In this document: positions 9,508 to 19,995 of the stretch, in pieces
Layout of the letters: each line of letters starts with the position of its first letter
Position numbering within the stretch: the stretch's first letter is position 1
Notes under the pieces: generated by a model
The model's input: only the letters and a program-made list of their open reading frames with translations
What the model was told of the DNA's origin: nothing
Databases searched by the model: none
Position numbers and translations under genes: made by a program
Origin: Nitrososphaeraceae archaeon
Lineage (GTDB): Archaea > Thermoproteota > Nitrososphaeria > Nitrososphaerales > Nitrososphaeraceae
DNA: 42,934 bases
Reading direction: 5' to 3'
Assembly: GCA_035297365.1 (NCBI GenBank)
Contig: DATGZA010000056.1
Coordinates: 1 to 42,934 of the forward strand

Positions 9508-9792
9508 GTGGCATTACCAGATAAATGCTCCTACTCTTCAAAAAAAATTAGATGTATTATGCCTCCGTCATATATAATATCGATTCAGAGTAACGATGAA
9601 TTTTTGGTTGGAATGTCATGTGAAGACCACTATGAATTCATAAAAAGGAAAATTGAATTACTACAAAAAACAAATTTACTCCCAAAGGGAAAAATAAAAA
9701 TACAAAATATTAGAATGATATCAACAAATTGTATAAAAGGTACAAAAGAGGATTATGAAGAAGTAATATCTCAACGAGAAATAGAATTTTAA
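9508..9792 (+). CDS. Hypothetical Cys-containing protein
   Basis: 94-aa ORF with a C..C..C..H arrangement; no family recognised. Confidence 0.7.
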   Translation: MALPDKCSYSSKKIRCIMPPSYIISIQSNDEFLVGMSCEDHYEFIKRKIELLQKTNLLPKGKIKIQNIRMISTNCIKGTKEDYEEVISQREIEF

Positions 9793-9814
9793 AATTCCAA
9801 GATACAAATCTTTA

Positions 9815-10807
9815 TCATATTAATGCATTTTTACTATTTTTGTTAACAAGAAACAGTGGAGATTTACCCTCAAAGATATTATATATATTGAGTGCCGCAA
9901 CTTCTGACATTTTGGATCTGGTTTGTATAGTGGCGCTGCCAATATGGGGAAGAATCACAACATTATTAAATTGCAACAAGCGATTAGATTTTTTTAGTGG
10001 TTCGGATTCAAAAACATCTAATCCTGCTCCTGCTATCCACTTTTTGCCTAGTGCGACAATAAGAGATTTTTCATTAATTACCGATCCTCTTGATGTATTT
10101 ATTAAATATGTATTTTTATTCATCTTTTTAAAATCATTTATATCGATTAAATGATAATTTTCTTTTTGTAGACTCACATGGATTGAAAGAAAATCACTAT
10201 TGTTTAATAATGTATCTTTGTCTACAAAATTAACCCCAAGTTTTTTTTCTTTATTTCTATTTAATCTATGTCTATTATGATACAAGATATTCATATTAAA
10301 TCCTCGTGCCCTTCTCGCTACTGCGGTACCTATATTTCCTAATCCAAGAATTCCTAATGTAGAATTAAAGATGTTAGTTCCAAGAAACAAATTTGGCATC
10401 CAACCATAGTTCCACTTTTTGCTTAAAACATATTTGTTTGCCTCAACTACTCTTCGTCCTAAAGCAAGAATAAATGCAAAAGTCAAATCTGCTGTAGCCT
10501 CAGATAATATATCTCCTGTATTAGTAACATATATTCCCCTCTTTGTGGCTTCGTCTACATCAATGTGTTCATATCCTGTACTAAAAGTACTTATTACTCT
10601 TAGGTTATCACCCGCAGCATCCATTACGTCAGAATCAATTCTTTCGGATAAAGTGCATACGATCGCATGAACATTTTTTACTCTCTTTAGTATTTCCTTT
10701 TTAGAGGGAGATGTATGTTTAAAACTCATAAAAACACTATATTTTTTTCTCAACAGATTAATTCCCGTTTCATCTATTCTACGTGTAACGTAGATTTTTT
10801 TTATCAT
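9815..10807 (-). CDS. D-2-hydroxyacid dehydrogenase (glyoxylate reductase/D-glycerate dehydrogenase)
   Basis: GLGNIG, INTSRG, LDVFESEP and PHIGSAT; start trimmed to MIKKIYVTR (10807) to avoid overlap with the divergent gene. Confidence 0.9.
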   Translation of the reverse strand: MIKKIYVTRRIDETGINLLRKKYSVFMSFKHTSPSKKEILKRVKNVHAIVCTLSERIDSDVMDAAGDNLRVISTFSTGYEHIDVDEATKRGIYVTNTGDILSEATADLTFAFILALGRRVVEANKYVLSKKWNYGWMPNLFLGTNIFNSTLGILGLGNIGTAVARRARGFNMNILYHNRHRLNRNKEKKLGVNFVDKDTLLNNSDFLSIHVSLQKENYHLIDINDFKKMNKNTYLINTSRGSVINEKSLIVALGKKWIAGAGLDVFESEPLKKSNRLLQFNNVVILPHIGSATIQTRSKMSEVAALNIYNIFEGKSPLFLVNKNSKNALI

Positions 10808-10917
10808 TATATTATAATTAACTTCATGTAATATTATTGAATTCCTAGCAAATAACAATAATAAAAAGAAGAAAGAAAGAATTAACAACCAGAGATTAGG
10901 ATATTTCTTTAATAAAG

Positions 10918-12108
10918 TTGAGACGTGGAACAGTAAATTTACCATTACACGTAGGACACGCTCCATTGTATTTAGTTAAACGTATGATATCTTTTTCTTC
11001 TTCTATTTCAAAAATAATAATAGAAGAAAAGGGAACAAATGAATTCTTTAAAAATATTTCCGACCCTCTTTGGTTTCAGGCTTTTGGTTGTGTTCTTGGA
11101 TTTGATTGGCATTCATCTGGCTTGACTACCGTAGTTACAGGAGTTTTGAAGCAAGCACTAAGTAATGAATTTCACGGTGTATCGATAGCAGGAGGAAAAG
11201 GAAAGAGATCTACAGCTACAAAAATTGAGATACCCAGACTGGCAGAAAAACATTACAATCTTTCTACTGAGAAAATATCTAGATTGCTTTATGCCAGTAA
11301 AATGTCTGCCAAAGTAGACAACTCGGCAATCCAAGACGGTTATACCCTTTATCATCATGTAGTATTTTTTGATAAAAACGGAAATTGGACTATTATTCAA
11401 CAAGGATTAAATAAGAACAACAGAATGGCAAGAAGATATCACTGGGTTTCTGATGATTTAAAAAGTTACATTATTGATCCGTATAAAGGAATTATAAGTT
11501 CAGAACGATTATCCAATGTATTGAATATGACTTCAAAAGATTCAGAAGACAATAGAAAAACTTCTGTGGATTTAGCTAAAAGTGGTTCAGGATTAATACA
11601 ATCTTCAATAAAAAAAATTCCGATCAAATTAAATGAAATAAAATTGGACAATTGGATTGAAAACAAGAATGACCGAATGAATTCATCTAAAAATATTAGT
11701 AGTTTTGAATCAGCAATGTATGAAGAATATGAGATGCCACGGAGGTTGAATTGGAAAATCTTTGACAAAATCTACGATATTCAGCCAAACAATTATGAAG
11801 AATTATTAGATATTCAGGGCCTAGGACCTGCAGCAATAAGGGCATTAGCACTAATATCCGAGATGATCTATGGAGATAAAGCCTCATGGAAGGATCCTGT
11901 GAAATTTAGCTATGCGCACGGTGGAAAAGATGGAGTCCCGTATCCTATAGCCAAAAAAACATACGATGAATCCATAAAATATTTAAGTGAGGTCATAAAA
12001 GGATTGGAGAATAAAAATTATGAAAAGGAGAATGCATTGAAAAGATTATCAAATTATTCAAATAATATTTTCAGAACCAACGAGTATGATTTTAATGCTG
12101 AAAAATAA
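10918..12108 (+). CDS. DUF763 family protein
   Basis: LPLH.GHAP, DPLWFQAFGCVLGFDWHSSGLTT, KVDNSAIQDGY.LYHH and HGGKDGVPYP. Confidence 0.9.
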   Translation: MRRGTVNLPLHVGHAPLYLVKRMISFSSSISKIIIEEKGTNEFFKNISDPLWFQAFGCVLGFDWHSSGLTTVVTGVLKQALSNEFHGVSIAGGKGKRSTATKIEIPRLAEKHYNLSTEKISRLLYASKMSAKVDNSAIQDGYTLYHHVVFFDKNGNWTIIQQGLNKNNRMARRYHWVSDDLKSYIIDPYKGIISSERLSNVLNMTSKDSEDNRKTSVDLAKSGSGLIQSSIKKIPIKLNEIKLDNWIENKNDRMNSSKNISSFESAMYEEYEMPRRLNWKIFDKIYDIQPNNYEELLDIQGLGPAAIRALALISEMIYGDKASWKDPVKFSYAHGGKDGVPYPIAKKTYDESIKYLSEVIKGLENKNYEKENALKRLSNYSNNIFRTNEYDFNAEK

Positions 12109-12742
12109 TAATACATGTTTAATACACGAACGATGTATATATATTATTTTTTATTCTTATTTTTTTATTTCTGAAACATAAAAATATTTATTATATTCTT
12201 TAAGAACATAATAACAGATAGCATTATAAGACATGTTTTTTTGGAAGCCATTTCGCTGACACCAAAGAGATACTTAACGATTTTTTTACCATCGTATCAA
12301 TAACCTGTACACTATCATTTACCAATACAGTGAGCGAAGTTGCTACTGTCGAAGATGCAATGATCAATGACAATGCTACAATCATGCATACAAGATTGGC
12401 ATACAACCAGAATTAATGAATAGATTAAACAATTTTTAAAAACTTTTTTTTAAATGAAATTCTTCTATAAAGAAGGAAATTAATGTAGCAGGTACCCAAA
12501 GAGATAAAATATTACTTATCGAATCTGCAAGGTATAGATAATGAGGTTTGATTCAAAAGAAAATTTTATTCGTAAATATTATATTGAAAATAACAAAAAA
12601 CCAAATAGAATGTGTTTACCATAATTTTACGATATGTTATGGTACCATTATTTGAATTCTTTATACAGATTAAAAGCATAATATCACGACTTTTATTAGA
12701 CTAAACTTTTATATTCTAAATGGAGAAATCTGTTATTCTATC

Positions 12743-13630
12743 ATGTCCCATTTTTGTGATAAGTCGGTTATATTGGATAATTTAATTGATCATAAATTTC
12801 ATCCATTTGTAAAATGGGCTGGTGGTAAGTCTCGTTTACTAGTCCATCTTGACAAACAACTTCCAGAGAAATTTTCGAACTATTTTGAGCCCTTTCTAGG
12901 AGGAGGCGCTCTCTTTTTTTATTTGAAACTAAGCAGGTATAACAATCAATATTTTATCTCGTATTTGTCTGATATAAATAAGGAATTGATAAATGCCTAT
13001 AAAATAATAAAGGAAAAACCAAACAGTCTGATACATGTTTTAACGAAATATGAAAACCAATACTACAAGAATCCAAAGAAATTTTATTATGAATTAAGAG
13101 GGAGACGTACCAAAGATAACATCGACATGGCAGCAAGGTTCATAACGTTAAATAAAACATGCTATAATGGACTTTATAGAGTGAATAAAAAGGGTATTTT
13201 TAATGTACCTTTTGGTAAATATAAAAAACCCAAAATTTGTGATGAAAGAAATATAATTAATGTAAGTAACTTACTTAAAAGAACAAAAACTATAGTTCAA
13301 GCAGGAGATTATGAAAAGATTTTGTTACAAAACGCTAAAGAAAATGATTTCATATATTTAGATCCTCCTTACCATCCCATAGACGAAACAGCCAACTTCA
13401 CTGAATATACAAATATAGGCTTTGACAGTCTCGAACAAAAAAGACTTGCTAGGCTATTCAAGGATCTAGACCATAGGGGATGTAAAATAATTCTCAGCAA
13501 TTCGGATACAAATCTTGTTAGAGAGATATATAAGAAATTTAAGATTTTTGAAGTTGATGTATTAAGATCAATTAACAGTAAACCAAATAGAAGAACTGGA
13601 TATAACGAATTAATTATAAGAAATTTTTGA
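12743..13630 (+). CDS. dam: Dam-like (D12 class) N6-adenine DNA methyltransferase, orphan
   Basis: KWAGGK, EPFLGGG (motif I), YNGLYRVN..G.FNVP and DPPY (motif IV). Confidence 0.9.
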   Translation: MSHFCDKSVILDNLIDHKFHPFVKWAGGKSRLLVHLDKQLPEKFSNYFEPFLGGGALFFYLKLSRYNNQYFISYLSDINKELINAYKIIKEKPNSLIHVLTKYENQYYKNPKKFYYELRGRRTKDNIDMAARFITLNKTCYNGLYRVNKKGIFNVPFGKYKKPKICDERNIINVSNLLKRTKTIVQAGDYEKILLQNAKENDFIYLDPPYHPIDETANFTEYTNIGFDSLEQKRLARLFKDLDHRGCKIILSNSDTNLVREIYKKFKIFEVDVLRSINSKPNRRTGYNELIIRNF

Positions 13631-13713
13631 TATTACTTGAACATTTAGAATAAACATCTTTACTGACGATTTCAATATAAAATTTTAAAAAAAATTATAA
13701 ATATAAATAAGCT

Positions 13714-14256
13714 TTGAAGCTTTACAATAGTGATTATATGAAAAAAAATTTTATATATATTCTTCTTTTTAGTTTATCGTTAGAACTTAGTTTTATAGCT
13801 CAGGATAGTGGGATGGATTTTGGTTTTTATCAGAATGTATCAGGTATTGTGGAAGATAATGATTTGATAGAAAATTCAAAACAATTTTTTCAATCCGTGG
13901 ATAATGAAGTGAAGTTATACTTTAACGAATTTTATCAGACTTTTTCGGAATGGAAACAAGGAAAAAATAATAATGAAACTCTAATTCAAAAGACAAATGA
14001 TTATACCTTAACCCTTGAAAATATTTCTAAAAAAATGGAGAATTTCTCACCTTCTAAAGAATATTCGCCAATATTTCAATCATATCTAAAATCAATAAAA
14101 AGTGAAATTGATAGTAATAATCATTTCGTCAAATATCTTGAAACAGGAAATATTACAGAGAATAAGATATCTGAAGACTTATTTTCAAAAGCAGCAGAAT
14201 ATGAAAACCAAGCTATTGGAACATTTAATAGAATAAATTCAGAACTCCCGAATTAA
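13714..14256 (+). CDS. Hypothetical secreted helical protein
   Basis: Signal-like N-terminus (MKKNFIYILLF.., alternative start 13738) followed by amphipathic helices. Confidence 0.7.
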   Translation: MKLYNSDYMKKNFIYILLFSLSLELSFIAQDSGMDFGFYQNVSGIVEDNDLIENSKQFFQSVDNEVKLYFNEFYQTFSEWKQGKNNNETLIQKTNDYTLTLENISKKMENFSPSKEYSPIFQSYLKSIKSEIDSNNHFVKYLETGNITENKISEDLFSKAAEYENQAIGTFNRINSELPN

Positions 14257-14318
14257 TTTGTTTAGCAATATTATAAGTGCCTCTAAAATTTTTATATCGA
14301 TGCCCAAATACAGAGCAT

Positions 14319-14423
14319 ATGAAATGTCCTTGTTGTGGAGGCGAAATGGCTGAAAGTGAAAAAGAAAAAGTAATTTTATTTAAGTGTAAGGAATGTGGAC
14401 TTAGCAATAACCAACTGAAATAA
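14319..14423 (+). CDS. 34-aa CPxCG-type zinc-finger microprotein
   Basis: Hand translation MKCPCCGGEMAESEKEKVILFKCKECGLSNNQLK. Confidence 0.75.
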   Translation: MKCPCCGGEMAESEKEKVILFKCKECGLSNNQLK

Positions 14424-14566
14424 AAATTAGTTTCAATTTATCGGAATACGATTTGATCAGATAAGGAAAAAATAGATGCTTGTGAGATAGGAAAATTAAA
14501 AAGTTTAATCTTATATTTCTATTATTCAATGTATATTGTAGTTACTAAAATGCGTCCATAATGTAA

Positions 14567-15568
14567 TTGATGAAATTTATAAAGAACTGTAGTTATTTAA
14601 TATGTATGAATCGTTGCTTTAAAATTTATGTCCTTATCATGGTTTTATTCATTATAAATTTTGGGTTGATATTCAATTATGTTTTTGCAGAAGATAATAA
14701 ACTCAGATATAAGTTCTCCTTTATATTTGGAGGAATGGGAGATCAAGATGGACAGTTTATGAATCCTCATAGTATTGACATAGACAGAAATGGAAATGTA
14801 TACGTCACTGATACTGGAAACAATAGAATTCAAAAATTTAATTCTGATGGTAAATTTATTTTAAAATGGGGAGAAACAGGTTCCAATGATGGACAATTTC
14901 TTAAGTTACATGATGTTGCAGTCGATCCTTCTGGCAAATATGTCTATACATTAGAACTAACAAATCATAGAGTGCAGAAATTTACTTCTAACGGTGAATT
15001 TATTTTGAACTGGGGGTTTGAAAGTACTGGGGGGAGGGGCTCTGACCGAACACCCCATCAATTATCAATTGATTCAAATGGATTTGTTTACCTGAGTGAT
15101 ATGAATGGAAATCAGATACTTAAGTTTGATAAAGATGGTAATTTTATTAAATCTCTTGGTTCCAAGGGTTCACGAGAAGGACAGTTTATACATCCTCATG
15201 GAATAGTTTTTGATTCTAGTAATAACATGTACGTAACTGATATGGGTAATTATCGTATACAAGTTTTTGATAATAACTTTAGTCTAATCACACAATGGGG
15301 ATCGTATGGAAATGGTTCTGCGCAATTTTTAAAAACTTTTCCAGGCATAGATTATTTTGATAAGGGAAATATACTGGTTGTAATAGATAAAACATCAGCT
15401 AATGTAAAGATATTTGATAATAAAGGTCAGTTTATTACAAAATTCGGGACGAAAGGAAAAGAAGATGGACAATTTAATCGACCAGAAGATCTAGCGTTAG
15501 ACCCAAAAGGTAGAATCTTCATAACAGATACAGGAAACTCACGGATACAAGTATTCGATAAAATTTAA
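14567..15568 (+). CDS. Secreted NHL-repeat beta-propeller protein
   Basis: Six GQF..P..I.VD..GN.YVTD.GN.RIQ.F repeats after a signal/TM segment. Confidence 0.92.
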   Translation: MMKFIKNCSYLICMNRCFKIYVLIMVLFIINFGLIFNYVFAEDNKLRYKFSFIFGGMGDQDGQFMNPHSIDIDRNGNVYVTDTGNNRIQKFNSDGKFILKWGETGSNDGQFLKLHDVAVDPSGKYVYTLELTNHRVQKFTSNGEFILNWGFESTGGRGSDRTPHQLSIDSNGFVYLSDMNGNQILKFDKDGNFIKSLGSKGSREGQFIHPHGIVFDSSNNMYVTDMGNYRIQVFDNNFSLITQWGSYGNGSAQFLKTFPGIDYFDKGNILVVIDKTSANVKIFDNKGQFITKFGTKGKEDGQFNRPEDLALDPKGRIFITDTGNSRIQVFDKI

Positions 15569-16230
15569 TAAAATGTAAATTACATTATACCTAGTGTTTG
15601 ATTTAATTAATGAAAATAATAATATCCAAAAGAGTAAACCCATAGATCAAGCCGGGATTTAATATGGCATTAAGCAATTGTCTCGTTAATACAAAAGGTA
15701 ATGTTATAATTGTAAGTATTAGTAAGTCGTTTTACAATAAATAATTTGATTTTTAACTTTATTCTTCAACTGATTTGTAAATAATAAGTAAAAAATCTGA
15801 TTCTATTGAAACAGTGTAGTTAGAACAAGTGTCATTGTATTGTCATGAATTGTCGTCCTTTTTAAAAAGATATTATGATTCCAACTTGTTTAGGAAAATA
15901 ACAAATTTATTGTATCGCTCTAACATAATTGTGCTTCTTCAAATAGAAATTAACATGAGGATTTGAACAATAAAGGAGTTTCTTATTCAACTTCCCAACT
16001 CTTCCCATTCCAGTGATATATGGTATGGTAATTTTACAACTTGATGATTCCAAAATTTCATTTACAATAGAAGGAGTTGTTCTGCCGTTTTTACTTTGAT
16101 GATTTAAAAGAAATAATTAAAGCATATATTTTGTAAATCATTGTAGGGTCCCTATAGAGAAACGAAATAAATAGAATAGCATCCTAATTAAATTAAAAGA
16201 AAAACAACCAAAAGAAAATATATCATGAAT

Positions 16231-17418
16231 TTATTTGTCTATCGAGAACTCATCGTATATTTTTCCATCATTACCATAAAATTCACCCTTGAGTGTTCTT
16301 CCGTTATTCACAATATCCACATTTAATACTCCGTATTTTATGAAACGTTCTGCTGTATAGTCACTAGTAGATCCCAAACCTGTTGCAAAGGATCCTCCCG
16401 TTCCCACAGTCACAAAAACAGCTCCATCTATATTTTTATAATCGTTAGAACTATCATCTGTTATGTAGGGTTTGTCATCATCTTCTTCGTTGTAAGAAAG
16501 AGGATACATTCTTTCATAAATATGTTGATGACCCTGCAATACCAGATTTACTCCAAACTCATTAAATAAGGGATGATATATTTCAGTAAATTTTTCTTCG
16601 TTTTCTGGAGAGGAACCTGATCCATAAGATTGCCTATGAAAGAATACGATTATCCAATCTATATTAGGATCATTTGAATATTTTTCTAAATCATAGGTTG
16701 CAAATTCATATTGGTTTGAATCATCATCGTATGGAACCTCAGTTGACAGAGAAATAAAATGAATATTTTCAAAATTAAATGAATAATATTGCTTTTCCAA
16801 ACCAAAATATTTCATTAAATCTTTCAATTTTTTGGAGCTTTCGGCATCATGATTTCCCATTGTTATTTTTAACTTATCGGAGATTGGATTGACCAATTTT
16901 AACCAACAACCCACGCTTCCACTGTATGAGTAATCCCCCAAACCAATAGCTAGTTCTGGATCTAGTTCTTCTATATTTTTGATAGTTTTTTTAGCTTTCG
17001 AGTTACAATCCCAATCCCCAACTGCAACAAAATTAAGTCTTGCGTAGGAGGAGGGATCGTGATTCTCTTCATTATCATCATCAGACTTGTGTTTATCTTT
17101 TTTTACTTTTTTAGCAAATTCCGTCGTTTTGCTTTCTTCAGAATAAGACTTCTTACTATCTGTGTTTGAATTTGATTTATCGTCACCGGTAGTTGACTGA
17201 GATTTTCCCTTGTCGTCGTCATGTTCATCTCCTACTCCAGGAAATATAAGATTATTATTTTTGTCAGAAACTGAAAGAGCACTTGAATAGTTTTCACTTA
17301 ATGTAATAAGCATTAAAGATAAAAAAGGAATTAGAATAAATGGTTTAATGTTCGATCTAATCAATATCGAAGTCTGGTATGTTTTAGTATATTTCAATAT
17401 TACTGTGTTTCTAAACAA
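16231..17418 (-). CDS. Secreted metallophosphoesterase (purple acid phosphatase-like)
   Basis: GDW, GDYSY, GNHD, FFH and GHQH.YER motifs; charged low-complexity linker after the signal peptide. Confidence 0.9.
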   Translation of the reverse strand: MFRNTVILKYTKTYQTSILIRSNIKPFILIPFLSLMLITLSENYSSALSVSDKNNNLIFPGVGDEHDDDKGKSQSTTGDDKSNSNTDSKKSYSEESKTTEFAKKVKKDKHKSDDDNEENHDPSSYARLNFVAVGDWDCNSKAKKTIKNIEELDPELAIGLGDYSYSGSVGCWLKLVNPISDKLKITMGNHDAESSKKLKDLMKYFGLEKQYYSFNFENIHFISLSTEVPYDDDSNQYEFATYDLEKYSNDPNIDWIIVFFHRQSYGSGSSPENEEKFTEIYHPLFNEFGVNLVLQGHQHIYERMYPLSYNEEDDDKPYITDDSSNDYKNIDGAVFVTVGTGGSFATGLGSTSDYTAERFIKYGVLNVDIVNNGRTLKGEFYGNDGKIYDEFSIDK

Positions 17419-17928
17419 TTAGTATAAGAATAAATTCCTAATGTTAACTATGGATTTTCTATTAAACAAAATTATGCAAGGTAAATGTACTCGAATGAGA
17501 AAAGTATTTATAAAACACATAAATGAGACTAAGGTGATTTTTTTGTATTAGAGGTGGCCAATTTTTACATCGATTGAACATATTTATTGAATATATAATC
17601 CCAACAATAAAATTTACAATTGTTAGAAGACATTACACTTTCTAGTCTATATTTGATTGAAACTAAAATGTGGATTAGTAACGATGGAACTGTTTTTTCT
17701 CATTTCTTAGGAAATACTGGTTTCATAAAAGAGATTCATATAAACACTATGACTTTGTTGCTACCTTTGACGTTGTGGCGCTATTATGTTACTGTTTACT
17801 ATAACAACAGTGACTAAAACAGTATTACTGGAGCAATCAAACACATTGCAATAAGTTTCTGGGGAACTGTAATAATTTTATGACCTTTGGCTGGATTATT
17901 AGCTAATCTAAATTGGATAAAAGAGTAA

Positions 17929-19896
17929 TTATTTATTTTTAACCTTAAGAAAAAACCTTATTGAAAAATATAAAGAAGGAATGAAGATCAATAGACTGGC
18001 GTACAACATAAAGATCAATGAGATATTTTCATCTTTATCCATTTCCTTAGGTTGAAACGTTCTTGATTCATATTTCTCTATTAGTTTCCTGATAATTTCC
18101 CCTGAATCTGTGCGTTCCCTGTTAAAATCAAAAGCATTCAAAAGGTTATTTGCAGAAGAGTCACGTGAATTGAGAGCAGGAAGATTATAGTTATATTCTA
18201 TGAATTTCAGGATTGAAGCAGTATCATACAATGTACTGTCTACAAAACCGTGTTTTGAATATGGTGAAATTATCATGGTAGGAATTCTAAAACCAAATTC
18301 ATAGTCACTTACCTCAGGCGGAATAACATGATCATACCACCCACCTGAACTACCGTATGTTAATATAAACACGCTATGTTTCCAATATGTACTTTTCATA
18401 AGCTCAATAATCAATGAAGTAACAAACTCCTCTCCTTTGGTTACATCTTTTGGCGAACTTTCGTGACTATCGGAGGAAATTATGTATGACACAGTTGGCA
18501 GATCATCTTTTAAATCTTTAAAATATTGTTTCAAGTCAACTATCTTGGAATTTAGTATAGGATTTTCCACGAATCTTGGAATTGCCAAAATTGGATTTAA
18601 TGTTAAGTGACGTTTTGAAGTATCATCATTTTTGGTGTAGTTCGAGTTGGGATCGTAGTTTTCTACATAAATTTTCCATGACAAACCATTTTTCTCTAAT
18701 AAATCAAATATTGTATTATTAATATTTATTAATCCTTCTTTAGGTACATTTTTTTTATATATATCAGGATCAGCAGAATAAAGATAAAGATTGTTAGCAA
18801 GGTCGTTAAAGGGTGATGCACTAAAAAAATTATCGGTTAGTACAAAGTATGATGCAAGAATCCAATACATGCCAATAATTTTGTCATCATAATATCCCAT
18901 CACAATCGTTTGATTTTTGTCGGGGGATGCAGTTTTTTGAGCATCTATAAAGCCATCCATAAAACCATAATTATATGAAATGTCAAACACAGATTTATCG
19001 AATTTGAGTTGAGATGTTTTTTTATCGACAAGACTAAATGGCTTTATCTTCTGAATCTTATGATCGTCGGGTGTTATTTTAATATCAAGGTAGCTCTTGC
19101 CATCAAAACTAATAAATTCATTTTTTGGTTTTGACTTTATTTTGTTCGGCCCAAAGCTGAAATCCAAGTCTACTAGGGAACCATAACTTCTTTTAGTATT
19201 ATTAAACAAAGAATATACCTCCTTCTCTGTCAGAGGTCTATTCCAAATCTTGAGATTATCGACGTCTCCTATGAAAAAAGAGTTTGATTTTAAAAAATTT
19301 GAGCCAATTCTAACTATAGGTACTTTATTATTATCAGGTATAGCAGCGTTAGTTTTTTTTTTTGAAACTAAGACCTTATCAACATAGAGACTCAATAAAG
19401 ATCCGTCGTATGAAACCAGCATACTGTGCCACCTGGTATCGCTATACTTTTGTTTGGAAGTTAAAAAATAATCTAAACCTGTTTTAGTTTCAAATCCAGC
19501 TTGAAGTTTTCCCTCTTTATCGAGAATTACTCCAAAATTAAGGTTATTTCCGGGATTTTCCTTCCCAATTCCCCCTTTATTGACGAGAATTTGCTCACCA
19601 TTTGACTTAGATTGATTCAATCTAAAGTCAAGATACACTGTAAAATTATTAAAATCAATGGTATTAGACACAGAATTTACGGGTAGCGAAATATTTTTAG
19701 GAAATCCATTGGCGCCAGGATATGTTCCAAAATAATTATCAAAGCTTCTACCTCCTTGAGAGATAACTATAATGTGTTCTATGGGTGTTTGTGTATTATT
19801 TTTTTCATTTTCTTTAAGAGAATAAGATGACTCTAGTATCGATAAATTTTCAGAAGAGATATTCAGATTGGAAAATAACAAAACTAACAACAACAT
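17929..19896 (-). CDS. Phosphoesterase (PLC/AcpA family) with inserted LamG-like domain and C-terminal TM anchor; active site looks degenerate
   Basis: PIEHIIVI...RSFDNYFG, GGWYDHV.PP, GFRIP..ISPY and SILKFIE; LamG features (WH....YDG....LYVD, F.G.VD.LKIWNRPL). Confidence 0.85.
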   Translation of the reverse strand: MLLLVLLFSNLNISSENLSILESSYSLKENEKNNTQTPIEHIIVISQGGRSFDNYFGTYPGANGFPKNISLPVNSVSNTIDFNNFTVYLDFRLNQSKSNGEQILVNKGGIGKENPGNNLNFGVILDKEGKLQAGFETKTGLDYFLTSKQKYSDTRWHSMLVSYDGSLLSLYVDKVLVSKKKTNAAIPDNNKVPIVRIGSNFLKSNSFFIGDVDNLKIWNRPLTEKEVYSLFNNTKRSYGSLVDLDFSFGPNKIKSKPKNEFISFDGKSYLDIKITPDDHKIQKIKPFSLVDKKTSQLKFDKSVFDISYNYGFMDGFIDAQKTASPDKNQTIVMGYYDDKIIGMYWILASYFVLTDNFFSASPFNDLANNLYLYSADPDIYKKNVPKEGLININNTIFDLLEKNGLSWKIYVENYDPNSNYTKNDDTSKRHLTLNPILAIPRFVENPILNSKIVDLKQYFKDLKDDLPTVSYIISSDSHESSPKDVTKGEEFVTSLIIELMKSTYWKHSVFILTYGSSGGWYDHVIPPEVSDYEFGFRIPTMIISPYSKHGFVDSTLYDTASILKFIEYNYNLPALNSRDSSANNLLNAFDFNRERTDSGEIIRKLIEKYESRTFQPKEMDKDENISLIFMLYASLLIFIPSLYFSIRFFLKVKNK

Positions 19897-19995
19897 AGAT
19901 GACAGGACAATGATGTTTACATAAATCGTCTCACTTCACCTCAGATGACATCAAGAATTTGTTGCTCAGAATTAACTTTCTAGTCATGATTATAT

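Noticed and set aside
10808-10966. N-terminal extension of the hydroxyacid dehydrogenase in the ORF track
   Set aside because: Overlaps the divergent DUF763 gene and AT-rich promoter DNA; family similarity begins at MIKKIYVT.
12224-12406. 60-aa hydrophobic ORF
   Set aside because: No recognisable motif and a weak start; may be real but cannot be supported.
15600-16230. Long intergenic stretch with a faint NHL-like fragment (LVNTKGNVIIVS)
   Set aside because: Too short and interrupted to call a pseudogene without a search.
17620-17817. 65-aa ORF between the phosphoesterase genes
   Set aside because: No motif; possibly a gene remnant.
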